Shown here piece after piece: positions 1 through 10,475 of a DNA stretch of 47,185 bases. Within the stretch, counting starts at the first letter, position 1; the number at the start of each line of letters is the position of its first letter. The position numbers and the translations under genes are program-made. Origin of the DNA: Candidatus Thorarchaeota archaeon (GTDB lineage Archaea; Asgardarchaeota; Thorarchaeia; Thorarchaeales; Thorarchaeaceae); NCBI GenBank assembly GCA_011364905.1, contig RDNZ01000021.1:1-47185 (forward strand), read 5' to 3'. A model generated the notes under the pieces. The model was not told where the DNA came from. It saw only the letters and a program-made list of their open reading frames with translations, and did not search any database.

Positions 1-258
1 GTCATTAGTTCATCAATAATTTGTTGGACATCTTAAAGACTCGTAGATGGTCCTTTAGAGGTACGTCTTCTGGCAAAAACATGCTGTGGCCGTGTCAGGA
101 ATCTAGGTTTTCTAGAATAAGCCCATTGGAATCTTGGTACTATTGTCGAGAACTCGCTCAAAGGCAGTCATTCGATGGGTAAGGTCGTGATCCTTTCCTG
201 TGCCGAGTAGGTGTTTTCGACCTAGAGCTTCCATGTCGATTGCCGATTCCGAGTGATG

Positions 259-828
259 TCACTCTATTGGAGATGAAATGAGTTCAGGCCCGGGAACCCT
301 TTGGAGTAGGACCAGACCAAAAATGAATTGAATGGGGATTGGCCATATAATGCCCCACATGGCAATTACAGGTAGGGGCAGTGAAACAAATGCAAATAGA
401 GCAGGATAGATGAAACTCATTGCACCCATAAAGACCGCCCATTTTTTAGATGTCTTTCCTTGATAGTACCTCACTACTTCACGTGCAAAGAGTAAATTGA
501 AAATGCTTAGAACTATAGTAATGACTGTCAGACTAGGCGTGAAGAAGTGAAATCCATAATATCCTAATCCCAAATCCTCAGATGCTCCAAATGACCACAA
601 AAGTCCATACATCCCAGAAGACAGGGTGGCATCGGCGAAAAAGACAATACCATGGAGAAATCCAAAAGGAACGATGAGTGTCACAATAGCCATCAAAATG
701 GCAATCACTCCAGGACTAGCACCTACCAACTCAGGTTCTGATTCCTTAAGATCGGACAAATCAATTCCCTTTCTTATCATCCTCTTGAAAGACCATCTTT
801 TTCTCCTTTTCGAACGGGTCCCAGTCAT
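259..828 (-). CDS. Hypothetical multi-pass membrane protein, paralog of 761-1351; true start probably 780 (ATG) or 759 (TTG)
   Basis: About 4 hydrophobic segments; shares G-x-SP..I..IM.I.TLIVPFG, VRYY, PIP.QFI.GL and GPE.IS motifs with the neighbour. Confidence 0.75.
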   Translation of the reverse strand: MTGTRSKRRKRWSFKRMIRKGIDLSDLKESEPELVGASPGVIAILMAIVTLIVPFGFLHGIVFFADATLSSGMYGLLWSFGASEDLGLGYYGFHFFTPSLTVITIVLSIFNLLFAREVVRYYQGKTSKKWAVFMGAMSFIYPALFAFVSLPLPVIAMWGIIWPIPIQFIFGLVLLQRVPGPELISSPIE

Positions 829-1351
829 TCCTCGGTTTGCCCTGACGCCATTTCCACCACGACAAGTCCAATCGCATGCCAGACCATGGAGATATGATTT
901 CAGGTCCTTCTATTCTCCTCAGGATTATTAGTCCTGCAATGAATTGAAGAGGAATAGGATAGACAATCTGTAGATAATAACCGCCTATTAGTGCTGTAGA
1001 ATAGAAAATTGAACCGATGAAAGGTAATATGAGAGTAAGAAAACCAATCATAATCACTGTGAACCTTGAGCTCTTCGCTCGGTAGTATCTGACAATCCAG
1101 TATGCATAAGCCCAATTCAGAGCTGTCAGAGGGAGTAGAGATAGCATCAATCCCAATGACAAGAAATCAGGATAGAATCCGTAAATCCAGATTTCAATTT
1201 GCCAGAGAAATGAGTAGATCAATTCGGGTTGAATATGATTCGATATGTAACCGAAAGGTACTATGAGTGTTATTATGAGCATGATGTAAGATATTATTGC
1301 TGGACTTACACCATAAAGCTCTATCTCCGTTGAGTACTCATCGGAAGCCAT
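761..1351 (-). CDS. Hypothetical multi-pass membrane protein (tandem paralog)
   Basis: 196 aa ORF, hydrophobic helices, motif similarity to 259-828. Confidence 0.8.
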   Translation of the reverse strand: MASDEYSTEIELYGVSPAIISYIMLIITLIVPFGYISNHIQPELIYSFLWQIEIWIYGFYPDFLSLGLMLSLLPLTALNWAYAYWIVRYYRAKSSRFTVIMIGFLTLILPFIGSIFYSTALIGGYYLQIVYPIPLQFIAGLIILRRIEGPEIISPWSGMRLDLSWWKWRQGKPRNDWDPFEKEKKMVFQEDDKKGN

Positions 1352-1441
1352 TACAGACCCTCATGTACATCTGTAGGATTGAGCCTGATAAGGTCTTTGA
1401 AAGTTTGATTTGCGTTCAGCGCTCCTTGTCATTTTGACAAG

Positions 1442-1506
1442 CTTTAAAAACGAAGTGCATGCACAGTTTTATCAGAAGTACATGCCGAAGTGCATGTACA
1501 GTTTTA
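1442..1506 (+). promoter_or_regulatory. Putative thermosome promoter (TATA-like CTTTAAAAA) followed by 21-bp direct repeats
   Basis: CGAAGTGCATGCACAGTTTTA at 1451-1471 and CGAAGTGCATGTACAGTTTTA at 1486-1506; partial copy GAAGTACATGC between them. Confidence 0.55.
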
Positions 1507-1577
1507 CATAATGAAAAGTACGCTATTCCATCCTAGGAAAACGAATGGCGTAGAGTAAACCATAAGGTGAAAACAAA

Positions 1578-3239
1578 ATGGCACAGTTGTCTGGAACACC
1601 CGTCCTGATTCTCAAGGAGGGTACTTCAAGAACACGCGGCAAGTCCGCTCAAGGCAACAACATCATGGCAGGTATTGTGATCTCCGATGCTGTGAAATCC
1701 ACTCTTGGACCACGTGGAATGGACAAGATGCTTGTGGACAGTCTCGGAGATGTGACCATCACAAACGATGGCGCTTCAATCCTGAAGGAAATTGATGTAC
1801 AACACCCAGCAGCAAAGATGCTCGTGGAAGTGGCGAAAAGCCAAGACCAAGAGACCGGTGATGGTACTACTACATCAGTAGTCATAGCTGGAGAGCTTCT
1901 GAAGAGAGCACAGGAGTTGCTGGAGAAGAAAATTCATCCAACAATTATTGTTGGCGGCTATCAAAAAGCAGCTGAACAAGCTTCTAAGATTCTCAAAGAC
2001 ATCTCAGTTTCGATGGAGGGAACCGACAAGAAGGTCTTGACAGGTGTCGCCGCCACATCAATGAACAGCAAGTCAGTCGTTGGTTCAAAGGACCACTTCG
2101 CAAAGATTGCTGTCGATGCTGTGTTGCAGATTGCCGAAGAGAAAGATGGCAAACACGAAGCTGATATCGAGATGATTGAGGTCATCAAGAAACAGGGCAA
2201 GAGCCTCACAGAGACCGAACTCGTGAAGGGTATGGTTGTCGACAAAGAGGTGGTCCATGCTTCGATGCCAAGAAGGCTAGAGAATGCAAAGATTGCATTG
2301 GTCAATGCAGCCATTGAGGTTGAGAAGACTGAGTTTGATGCAGAGATCAAGATAGACAGTCCTGACCAGATCAAAGCATTCTTAGACGAGGAGGAGCGAA
2401 TGCTCACTGGCATGGTTGACAAGATAGTTGCAACCGGTGCAAATGTGCTTGTTTGCCAAAAAGGCATAGATGATGTTGCACAACACTATCTCGCCAAGGC
2501 TGGAATCATGGCGATGCGAAGAGCAAAGAAGAGCACACTTGAGAAGCTAGCAAAGGCCACAGGCGGTAAGATCGCTACAAGTCTTGATGAGCTGAGCAAA
2601 GACTATCTCGGTTCTGCTGGACTCGTCGAAGAGGTCAAGATTGGCGACGACAAGCTTGTCTACGTCAGGGATTGCAAAGATCCAAAAGCTGTATCGATTG
2701 TGATTCGGGGCGGGACTGAGCATGTTGTTGATGAAGCTGAAAGAGCTATGCATGACGCACTCTGCGTTGTTAGGAATGTTGTAGAAGACACAACCTACGT
2801 CGGTGGTGGTGGAGCAACTGAGTCTGAAATTGCTAGGAAACTCCAAGCATATGCCAAGAAAGTTGGAGGCCGTGAGCAACTCGCAATCGAAGCATTTGCA
2901 GAGTCCTTACTCATTATTCCAAAGACTCTTGCAGAGAATGGCGGTCATGACCCCATAGACATCATTGCTGATCTGAACAAGGACCACTCCAAGGAAACAG
3001 GGATTTGGCATGGCGTTGATGTGATGAAAGGCAAATCTGCAGACATGATGAAGGCTGGAGTAATAGAACCAGCCCGAGTCAAGAGCCAAGCAATTCGCTC
3101 TGCCGCGGAAGCAGCTCAGATGATTCTCAGAATCGATGACGTCATCGCTGCTAAGGCTAGCGCTGGTCCCCCAGCTGGTGCTGGTGGTATGCCACCTGGT
3201 GGAATGGGTGGTTATGGCGGAATGCCTGGAATGATGTAA
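1578..3239 (+). CDS. ths: Thermosome subunit (group II chaperonin)
   Basis: [20 protein letters not shown] and GDGTTT motifs; GGM-rich C-tail; SD AAGGTGA upstream. Confidence 0.98.
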   Translation: MAQLSGTPVLILKEGTSRTRGKSAQGNNIMAGIVISDAVKSTLGPRGMDKMLVDSLGDVTITNDGASILKEIDVQHPAAKMLVEVAKSQDQETGDGTTTSVVIAGELLKRAQELLEKKIHPTIIVGGYQKAAEQASKILKDISVSMEGTDKKVLTGVAATSMNSKSVVGSKDHFAKIAVDAVLQIAEEKDGKHEADIEMIEVIKKQGKSLTETELVKGMVVDKEVVHASMPRRLENAKIALVNAAIEVEKTEFDAEIKIDSPDQIKAFLDEEERMLTGMVDKIVATGANVLVCQKGIDDVAQHYLAKAGIMAMRRAKKSTLEKLAKATGGKIATSLDELSKDYLGSAGLVEEVKIGDDKLVYVRDCKDPKAVSIVIRGGTEHVVDEAERAMHDALCVVRNVVEDTTYVGGGGATESEIARKLQAYAKKVGGREQLAIEAFAESLLIIPKTLAENGGHDPIDIIADLNKDHSKETGIWHGVDVMKGKSADMMKAGVIEPARVKSQAIRSAAEAAQMILRIDDVIAAKASAGPPAGAGGMPPGGMGGYGGMPGMM

Positions 3240-3256
3240 TATCAAACAAAATACAA

Positions 3257-3288
3257 TGGAGCCGTAAGGCTCCACTCACTTCTTTTTT
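3257..3288 (+). terminator. Hairpin + T-tract terminator
   Basis: TGGAGCC-GTAA-GGCTCCA then CTCACTTCTTTTTT just after the ths stop. Confidence 0.7.
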
Positions 3289-3303
3289 CCTGAGGCGATT
3301 GAG

Positions 3304-4176
3304 TTGGCTAAGCGTGTCCTACTTGTTGGAATGAACACCTTTGACTCTGGAAAGACTCAGGTTGCGCTCATGATGAGTAAGACGCTGAGTGAATCAGGTT
3401 ACTCCATTGAGTACTTCAAACCGCTTAGTGGTCACAACTACTGGTTTCACTATGAGCACACAAAGTTCTGTTTAGAGAATGGTATACTTGCTTCAAGGGA
3501 TGCAATGAGAGTCAGAGAGTTCTTGGAACCCAAGAGTCCAATTGAACTAGCGAATCCTGTTCATGCCCTTTTCGTACCGATGAAACTGGAAAAACCATTA
3601 CAGACCATGACGAATACACTTGGTCTTGCAGGAACGAGTTCGGTTCTCACGATGAAACGGTTCAGTCAACCTGCTAAATCGAGCGTTGACACAACAGTAC
3701 TGCTTGCTGAGAGACTCCTCGAAGAGGATCGATTAATCATAAATCAAGAAGAAGTAGGCAAGTTGAGTAGAGGCGCCGCGATTCAATCAGTCGATAGTCT
3801 CGAAGAAGTACAGGAGTATGAGAATTCAAACTTTGAGAAACATGTATCAGACTCCTTTGCGGCAATCGAGAGATTGGCGGATATTACTATAATAGAAGGT
3901 TTCAACAATGCAGCATGGCCATGGGATGGACTAGAAAAGGCTGATGCAGTGCTCATCGTAGGCCCGGCACACATCTTTTCTTATGACCCAAAAAAGTTCA
4001 GAAAAGCGGCATACATGATGAAATGGGGAAATCTGCCCATAAATGAAGTGACCTTTGGGAGGATCTCAGACCTATTGAAACCATTTGCTCGAGTCCAAAT
4101 CAAACCAGAGGATCAATTGACATTACAACAGCTTGAACATCTTGGGATTTCTTTCCGCACAGGAAAGAATGATTAA
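3304..4176 (+). CDS. Archaeal P-loop NTPase (BioD/CobQ-like fold)
   Basis: N-terminal DSGKT, FKPLSGHNYW and IIEGFNN motifs. Confidence 0.75.
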   Translation: MAKRVLLVGMNTFDSGKTQVALMMSKTLSESGYSIEYFKPLSGHNYWFHYEHTKFCLENGILASRDAMRVREFLEPKSPIELANPVHALFVPMKLEKPLQTMTNTLGLAGTSSVLTMKRFSQPAKSSVDTTVLLAERLLEEDRLIINQEEVGKLSRGAAIQSVDSLEEVQEYENSNFEKHVSDSFAAIERLADITIIEGFNNAAWPWDGLEKADAVLIVGPAHIFSYDPKKFRKAAYMMKWGNLPINEVTFGRISDLLKPFARVQIKPEDQLTLQQLEHLGISFRTGKND

Positions 4177-4182
4177 GCCTTT

Positions 4183-5184
4183 ATGAAGAATGCAAAACAC
4201 AATATCGGGACCAAACATGGAGACATCACATTGTCAGAGGACTTGAACTGGGAACTCATTGTTATTGGTGGCGGCCCCGCAGGAATGACATCTGCTATTT
4301 ATGGAGCCCGATATGGACTAAAGACTCTGCTTCTTGAATCGAAAGTCCTCGGGGGAGCACAAGCTACGAGCCCAGGAATCGAGAACTATCCGGGTTATAC
4401 ATTCATTGTAGGACTGGACTTGGCAAACAAGATGAAAGAGCAGGTCAAGAAATGTGGTGCTTTTATCAGAGAGATCACTGAAGTGAAGACGGTTCAGAGA
4501 GAAGACAATAACGGCGAATTTCTTCTCGAAACTCGGCGCGGCGTCTATAGAGCGCCAGCCATTATCTTTGCTACCGGAGGAGGACACAGGCATCTCAATG
4601 TCCCTGGAGAGGATAAACTCGCAGGCAGGGGAGTTTCCTATTGTGCCACATGCGATGGTCCGCTCTTTCGTGACAAGACGGTGGCAGTCGTTGGGGGAGG
4701 TAATACTGCAGTCACAGAAGCTTTGTATCTTGCAGAAGTTGTTGGCAAGGTCTACCTCATTCACCGACGAGATGAACTCAGAGCGGAGAAAATCGTACAG
4801 GACTATGTGTTCAACTCCAGCGTGGAAATAATCTGGGATTCCATAGTCAAAGAAATCAAAGGCGATGATCTTGTCAATGAATTGCTTCTGCAAAATGTGA
4901 AGACTGGGGAAGAACGGATTCTCACAGTCGATGGTGCGTTTATTGCACTTGGCTCGAATCCAGAGAGCTCACTTGCCAAGAGTATTGGCGTTGAAACAAA
5001 CCAACGAGGAGAGATTATCGTCAATGCAAAACAAGCAACCAATATACCAGGAGTCTTTGCCGCAGGAGATGTTGTTGAATCAATGAAGCAAATTGCTGTG
5101 GCAGTGGGACACGGAGCAATTGCGGCGGACTCTGCATATTCGTACATTAGGAAAATGCAGAGAGGACCGATTGGTTACGCATAA
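4183..5184 (+). CDS. trxB: Thioredoxin-disulfide reductase (start may be the downstream TTG at 4231)
   Basis: GGGPAG, GRGVSYCATCDG, GGGNTA and FAAGDV motifs. Confidence 0.95.
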   Translation: MKNAKHNIGTKHGDITLSEDLNWELIVIGGGPAGMTSAIYGARYGLKTLLLESKVLGGAQATSPGIENYPGYTFIVGLDLANKMKEQVKKCGAFIREITEVKTVQREDNNGEFLLETRRGVYRAPAIIFATGGGHRHLNVPGEDKLAGRGVSYCATCDGPLFRDKTVAVVGGGNTAVTEALYLAEVVGKVYLIHRRDELRAEKIVQDYVFNSSVEIIWDSIVKEIKGDDLVNELLLQNVKTGEERILTVDGAFIALGSNPESSLAKSIGVETNQRGEIIVNAKQATNIPGVFAAGDVVESMKQIAVAVGHGAIAADSAYSYIRKMQRGPIGYA

Positions 5185-5301
5185 GTCCGTGAAGCTAGTA
5201 CATCCTTTGTTGTGGGGAAATGTTAATAACCGCACCTCTGTCCGATGCTCAAAGTGCTGGGATATTAACTCAGTGACATCAAATCTGGTAGTGATGCCAT
5301 T

Positions 5302-6513
5302 ATGAACAAGACCAAAGTCGTAGCATTCACGCTAGCGTTCACATTCATACTTCTTGCATTTACAGCGCAACCAGCGGCAGCAGCAAGTCGTTTTGATGCT
5401 CTCAGATCTTATATGAACGAAAGATACGACTCGGTCATTGGTGGCTACTCCATCCCGGGAGAAGGTGTGGTTCGTATAGATCCAACCTATGGCGCTATTT
5501 CCGTCATGAATGAAGTTAAGACAATTGAGAATAGACCTCCGCCAATACCCATCATAACAACGTTGGATATGATTTCTGATCACCAATTGTTGACCGGACA
5601 GCCAGATGAGGAACCAAGATATGGAGGAATAAGCGATTACCTTCTTGGACCAGTCACTATTGGAGGCAATTACAGAGCTCTCGTCATGTGGCAAATACTA
5701 AAATCACAAGGCGGAATCCCAGACATAGAGGACTATGCGATAAATGCTACAGCTAACCTTCTCTGGATCAACAAGACCCAGACTGAATCTGGAGGTTTCG
5801 CGGTCAGTCGAGATTATCTTGATGAAGGAGGAGACCCGGACCTTTTGTCAACCGCTTACGCGTTAATGTCAATCAGGATTTTGGATGACCTTTATGGAGA
5901 TGAAAATGCTTGGAATTGGTTGCGCAATGAAACAGCAACAGTGGCATGGATTGAAAGCTGTAAGGACGGAAACGCGTACAAGTTGAGTCCAGACTCACAA
6001 CTTCCAAGTGTCACAGCTACTGCCGCAGCAGTATTAGCGTATCACGCACTGGACCCGATCACAGCTATTCCAGATGTGGCTAACATCATCACCTGGCTTG
6101 TTAATAGGCAAGTTCGGGACGGAGTAGAACCAGAACTGATTGGTGGATTCGAGGAAGGAAATGGCACTGAGACCTCAAATCTATTGTCCACATACTATGC
6201 CATCTCTGCGTTGGGATTATTGAACACACTTTCCTCGATTAACGCGACAGCAGCTGAAACCTTCGTCTTGAATTGTCAAACTCCCCAGGGAAGCTTTGCT
6301 AACTTACCCGGATATGATACGGGTGAGCTCCTATACTCGGGCTATGCATGTGAGATATTGAGCAAGGTTGACGCCAACGGTGCAATGAGTAGTCTCTCAT
6401 CAGTCGACCCCTTCTCCCTTGGAGTAACTGGTTTCGAATGGAGAACATATGTCATTATTGGGATTATAGCCCTCGTAATAGTTCTAGCAATTCTCGGAGT
6501 AAGAGCAGACTGA
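5302..6513 (+). CDS. Secreted, C-terminally membrane-anchored prenyltransferase/squalene-cyclase-type alpha-barrel repeat protein
   Basis: Signal peptide ending AQPAAA; repeats of Q..xGGF...(D/N)LLSTxYA; C-terminal TM helix. Confidence 0.75.
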   Translation: MNKTKVVAFTLAFTFILLAFTAQPAAAASRFDALRSYMNERYDSVIGGYSIPGEGVVRIDPTYGAISVMNEVKTIENRPPPIPIITTLDMISDHQLLTGQPDEEPRYGGISDYLLGPVTIGGNYRALVMWQILKSQGGIPDIEDYAINATANLLWINKTQTESGGFAVSRDYLDEGGDPDLLSTAYALMSIRILDDLYGDENAWNWLRNETATVAWIESCKDGNAYKLSPDSQLPSVTATAAAVLAYHALDPITAIPDVANIITWLVNRQVRDGVEPELIGGFEEGNGTETSNLLSTYYAISALGLLNTLSSINATAAETFVLNCQTPQGSFANLPGYDTGELLYSGYACEILSKVDANGAMSSLSSVDPFSLGVTGFEWRTYVIIGIIALVIVLAILGVRAD

Positions 6514-6589
6514 TAAGACATAGCTTTATCACAGCAGCGAAATATTGAACCAATGAGGGTTGAGTTGGTTCAACCCTAAGGTGTGTCAC

Positions 6590-8164
6590 ATGCCCCAATC
6601 AGAGATAGAAGATGACTCAATTCCGCGATACAAACGAGGGTATGAATGGTTTTCACATCTTGCCAACTCGAAGTTGTCTCGGAGAGGCTGGAGGCGTCTT
6701 GGCATCTTCTCGTTCTTTGATGCGCCTTTTGCAGAGAGTGACCTTTTGTATCTCTCACCAAAACAAGTTATGATGACCATGGCCAAAATAGCAAAGGGCA
6801 AAGAAGCAGGGCTTGTCTTTGTCGTTGATGCCATGGAAAAAGGGGAGATGGGTCTGAGTACAAGAGCTGGATTTGATCAGTTTATGGAGATTTTTCAAGG
6901 GCTTTTTCCAGGCTCTTCAAGCTTTTACTTTGGACCCAAAGAATCAGACAGAAAGTGGTTGCACGACTTTCCCTCCCTAAAGATACCTCTGAAATGGCTT
7001 GTAACCAGACCGAACATCTTCTCAGAGGTCCTGTCTGATGCCTCGCCGGTAGGAGAGCAAATAGGTCCTGTAGATGCGACATTTGAGGACTTTGATGGCA
7101 TGGTTGAGATTCTGGTAGAAAAGCTGGGACCACCTTCTCTAACTGAGGAGGTCATGGGAAGAATACGAAGCACAGAAGCAAGTGAGTATGCTGGTGAAGC
7201 AGTAGGAATGATGACTGTTTTTATCAGCCCTGCAACGGCTGTTTCTCGTGGCGTTAGGTACCTGGGTAAATTCGTAAGCATGATCAAGGACCGTAGAAAA
7301 CAAGAAGTCAAAGATGTTTACTTAGAGTGGACTGAACGTGTGAAGAAGGGATATTCTGAAGAGAAACTTAGGCTGTTCTTTGATGACTCACCTGATTTTA
7401 ATCCGGGACTTGTCGAAGCAGTTGCGTCATTTAAACCCGTGCTGGTTATTCTCGAAACTCGTGGTACACTCTATGATCTTTTCCTCCCGTTAGTTCTTCA
7501 ACATCTTGTTGAGGAAATTGGATATATTCCGCCGCACAGAAGACCAAAAACAAAGAGCGAAGAAACGAAGAAAAGTGAGAAAGAACAAGAATGGGAGAGC
7601 GAGTCTCTTTCCTACGAATCGATAGAGACTATCGAGGATGAGGATCTTCCACCAGTCACAGACCAACTTATTCAATCTGTAATCGAGGATGAGGTTTCAT
7701 CTTCTCAGGTAGAAATTTCATCAGATGAATTTGAAGGAAAACCAGAAACCATTCTATTCCTTGATGCTGCGACTCATCTATCAAAATTCAATCGATCTTT
7801 CAAATTCGCATTGAATATTCCCGAGAAGTATCCGAATATGTCAGTTGCTGCATCGTTCTTTACCGACAGAGAAAAAATCAGTCAGGCGCTGCAAGAAGGT
7901 GTGCTCGAATACATGAAGGACAGGGCACTTATTTTCGACCTACATCCAGCGCTCTTTGATATGGCCACATCGAGAATGCCTGTTTCAAAGAAAGCATGGC
8001 TGAATGGAAGACTCCAAGAGATGGAAAAAATCCGCTCCGATGGGGAGGTGGCTTTTCTTGAATACTCAAGCTCTGATGCGTTCAAATGGGCACTCAGAGT
8101 TGTGGAAAAGCCTGAAAGCGAAGCTCTGACGAAGATTCGGAGCTGGTTTCGTCGAGGGGGTTAA
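6590..8164 (+). CDS. Hypothetical protein with acidic linker
   Basis: Long ORF (track start 6560, ATG at 6590); no family recognised. Confidence 0.75.
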   Translation: MPQSEIEDDSIPRYKRGYEWFSHLANSKLSRRGWRRLGIFSFFDAPFAESDLLYLSPKQVMMTMAKIAKGKEAGLVFVVDAMEKGEMGLSTRAGFDQFMEIFQGLFPGSSSFYFGPKESDRKWLHDFPSLKIPLKWLVTRPNIFSEVLSDASPVGEQIGPVDATFEDFDGMVEILVEKLGPPSLTEEVMGRIRSTEASEYAGEAVGMMTVFISPATAVSRGVRYLGKFVSMIKDRRKQEVKDVYLEWTERVKKGYSEEKLRLFFDDSPDFNPGLVEAVASFKPVLVILETRGTLYDLFLPLVLQHLVEEIGYIPPHRRPKTKSEETKKSEKEQEWESESLSYESIETIEDEDLPPVTDQLIQSVIEDEVSSSQVEISSDEFEGKPETILFLDAATHLSKFNRSFKFALNIPEKYPNMSVAASFFTDREKISQALQEGVLEYMKDRALIFDLHPALFDMATSRMPVSKKAWLNGRLQEMEKIRSDGEVAFLEYSSSDAFKWALRVVEKPESEALTKIRSWFRRGG

Positions 8165-8207
8165 GTATTTGAAGCTCCCGCAACAGATATAATAACCACA
8201 AGATATC

Positions 8208-8651
8208 ATGGCAAGTGAATTCCGGAGGCTGAAATTATTGACTAAGGGTGATATGACGCAGGCAAGAGTGTTGAAAATTGAAAAAGGAGACAAGATCACT
8301 CTGCCAGGGGAATTTGTTGATAGGATAGGTCAACAATATGGTCTAGCAATTCTGGTTGTCAAGGATGGTAACGTCAAGCTGTATCCTGTCGACAGCAGTA
8401 GCGTGATGTATCTCAAGCTGGTCATTGAGAAACTCAGCAAGAGCTTTCTCGAAGAACTCACTATGGTCTTTATGGAAGTAGGTCTCGAAGATATTCTGTT
8501 TACAAGCGGAATCTGTCAAGCGGCTGACGAATGCTTCTATGAGTGCTATTTCACGCCACAACAGCTGAATGTAGAGGTTGCTAAACTAAAGAATCGACTA
8601 GAGGACATCTCTGGCGTTAAACAAGTTATGCTGCATGAAGTGCCAACCTAG
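8208..8651 (+). CDS. Small protein, AbrB-like N-terminus plus ACT-like C-terminal domain
   Basis: KIEKGDKITLPGEF resembles a swapped-hairpin; C-terminal ...LKNRLEDISGVKQV is ACT-like. Confidence 0.55.
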   Translation: MASEFRRLKLLTKGDMTQARVLKIEKGDKITLPGEFVDRIGQQYGLAILVVKDGNVKLYPVDSSSVMYLKLVIEKLSKSFLEELTMVFMEVGLEDILFTSGICQAADECFYECYFTPQQLNVEVAKLKNRLEDISGVKQVMLHEVPT

Positions 8652-8662
8652 TGTTGAGTATC

Positions 8663-10102
8663 ATGGGAGGTATTGCTGGCATACTCGCCTCGACTGAAAA
8701 TGTCGAAATGGATTCTATCCTTCAAAAAATGGATAGTGCAATAAAGCATAGAAGGCTAGAATCATACTATACTGTAAACCACAATCAAGCCAAATGTGCA
8801 ATTGTTGGCCCACATGCATCTCTGAACACCAAGTCGGATCTAGTTATTGTAGACTCCAACAGCGACCTAACAGGTCCAACTGAAACACAACATGTGGATT
8901 CGCTCTCCAAGTTGTTCAGTGTTATCGTTATCACTGTTGACAATTCAGGAGTGAATCTACAAAGGTCTCTTGATGGAACAAGGTCACTCTACTACGGACA
9001 CACAGAGAACACCTTTGTGTTCGCAACGGAACGGAAGTGCCTGTGGAGCACTGACATCACAAAACAACACACCCTAGAACCTGGACAAAGAGTCGCTTAT
9101 TCATGGGAAGGGAATCTGAAGAAAGAACGATTCGTGATTCTAGAAAGACCACAGGTTGTTGAAACCTCTCGAGTTGATACCCTCAACAACTTGAAAAAGA
9201 CCCTTTTGGCATCCTTCGAGAAACTACAGAGGAACGCCTCCTGCGCTGTCTTATTCTCTGGAGGTGTCGATAGCACTCTTGCAGCGGTTCAGGTTGCTAA
9301 CCGGTGTGAAAAAACATTCCTAGTGACAACAAGTCACAAGAAGGCCCATGACGCTTCTGCTGCAATGAGAGCTGCAGATGTGTTGGGTTTCCCTCTCGAT
9401 ATCATTGAATTGGATCCACGTATCGTCTGGAACGTTCTCCCAAGAGTCATCTATTCAATAGAAACAAGTAAGCAGATGGATGTTGAAATCGCTCTACCAT
9501 TCTATCTGGCGTCAAGAAAGGCAGTAGATGCGGGATGCTCGACAGTTGTTTCTGGACAAGGACCAGATGAGCTGTTTGCTGGATATGCAAAACATGTGAG
9601 AATTTTTTCGGAGGAAGGCCCTGAGGTCTTGAATGAACACCTTTGGAGAGAAGTGTCAGTCACACATGATGCCAACATAGAACGCGACGAACGTGCTATC
9701 GCAGCCCATGGACTGGAGAGCTTCTTTCCGTATCTAGATCAGAATTTTGTTCAACTATCACTTGCAGTTCCAGCAGAATGGAAAGTGAATCCTACAAAAT
9801 CTCCCCAGAGAAAGGTCATTTTCAGAGAGCTTGCACAAAGTATGGGCGTTCCAACAGAGATTGCTCTTGCTCCAAAGAACGCCACCCAGTTCAGTTCGGG
9901 TTCATCAAAAGTCATCCTGAATGCAATCATCCAGCACGTTGACGGTTTTGATGATATGAGTAAAAAGGAAGCATCAAAACGGGTCCAAGATGTACTCAAT
10001 GAGATTGCATATCAACTTCATATGCCAAATGTGCAGAGAAGTGATGAGGAACTAGCATTTGACATGAAAGCAATAGACGATGTGACAGAAAGAATAGGAT
10101 AA
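8663..10102 (+). CDS. Asparagine synthetase-like protein lacking the N-terminal Cys
   Basis: LFSGGVDS, SGQGPDELFAGY and PYLD motifs; begins MGGIAG instead of MCGIAG. Confidence 0.88.
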   Translation: MGGIAGILASTENVEMDSILQKMDSAIKHRRLESYYTVNHNQAKCAIVGPHASLNTKSDLVIVDSNSDLTGPTETQHVDSLSKLFSVIVITVDNSGVNLQRSLDGTRSLYYGHTENTFVFATERKCLWSTDITKQHTLEPGQRVAYSWEGNLKKERFVILERPQVVETSRVDTLNNLKKTLLASFEKLQRNASCAVLFSGGVDSTLAAVQVANRCEKTFLVTTSHKKAHDASAAMRAADVLGFPLDIIELDPRIVWNVLPRVIYSIETSKQMDVEIALPFYLASRKAVDAGCSTVVSGQGPDELFAGYAKHVRIFSEEGPEVLNEHLWREVSVTHDANIERDERAIAAHGLESFFPYLDQNFVQLSLAVPAEWKVNPTKSPQRKVIFRELAQSMGVPTEIALAPKNATQFSSGSSKVILNAIIQHVDGFDDMSKKEASKRVQDVLNEIAYQLHMPNVQRSDEELAFDMKAIDDVTERIG

Positions 10103-10309
10103 TCATCCTCCAGCAATACGCGGCAGAACAACAACGTTCGCATTTTCTTGTATTTCATAGTCAAGTGACACCCGCTTACCTTCAATAAGGACTACATGGT
10201 CATCAGAAAGGTCTAGCTCGACAAGAAGTTCAGCAACGGTCTTTGGTTCCGTCACAATGAGTTTCCGAATGCGAGATTTGCTGATTGTATCAGACAAATG
10301 AGTCACCAC
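10103..10309 (-). CDS. ThiS/MoaD/SAMP-family ubiquitin-like protein
   Basis: 68 aa, TVAELL..L.L pattern, C-terminal IAGG. Confidence 0.85.
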   Translation of the reverse strand: MVTHLSDTISKSRIRKLIVTEPKTVAELLVELDLSDDHVVLIEGKRVSLDYEIQENANVVVLPRIAGG

Positions 10310-10455
10310 GCATTATAACGTCCCTACCCTTATAGGATTACGCAACCAGCAAGAAAAAAGACGCGACACTCCTCTATCAAACCTCCAAAGATCAAATCCA
10401 CTATACGAGCTATTTATTATGAGGTGGCTTTAGGGATTGTCGTCATACTCCGAAG

Positions 10456-10475
10456 TCATCGAAAACATTCGATGA
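10456..10475. promoter_or_regulatory. Palindrome in the divergent intergenic region, possible operator
   Basis: TCATCGAA-AACA-TTCGATGA. Confidence 0.4.

Noticed and set aside
1-258. Short 40-codon - strand ORF starting at 235
   Set aside because: No motif, homology or context support
1451-1506. Mini-CRISPR interpretation of the direct repeats
   Set aside because: Only two copies, a 14-nt spacer that is itself a partial repeat, and no cas genes
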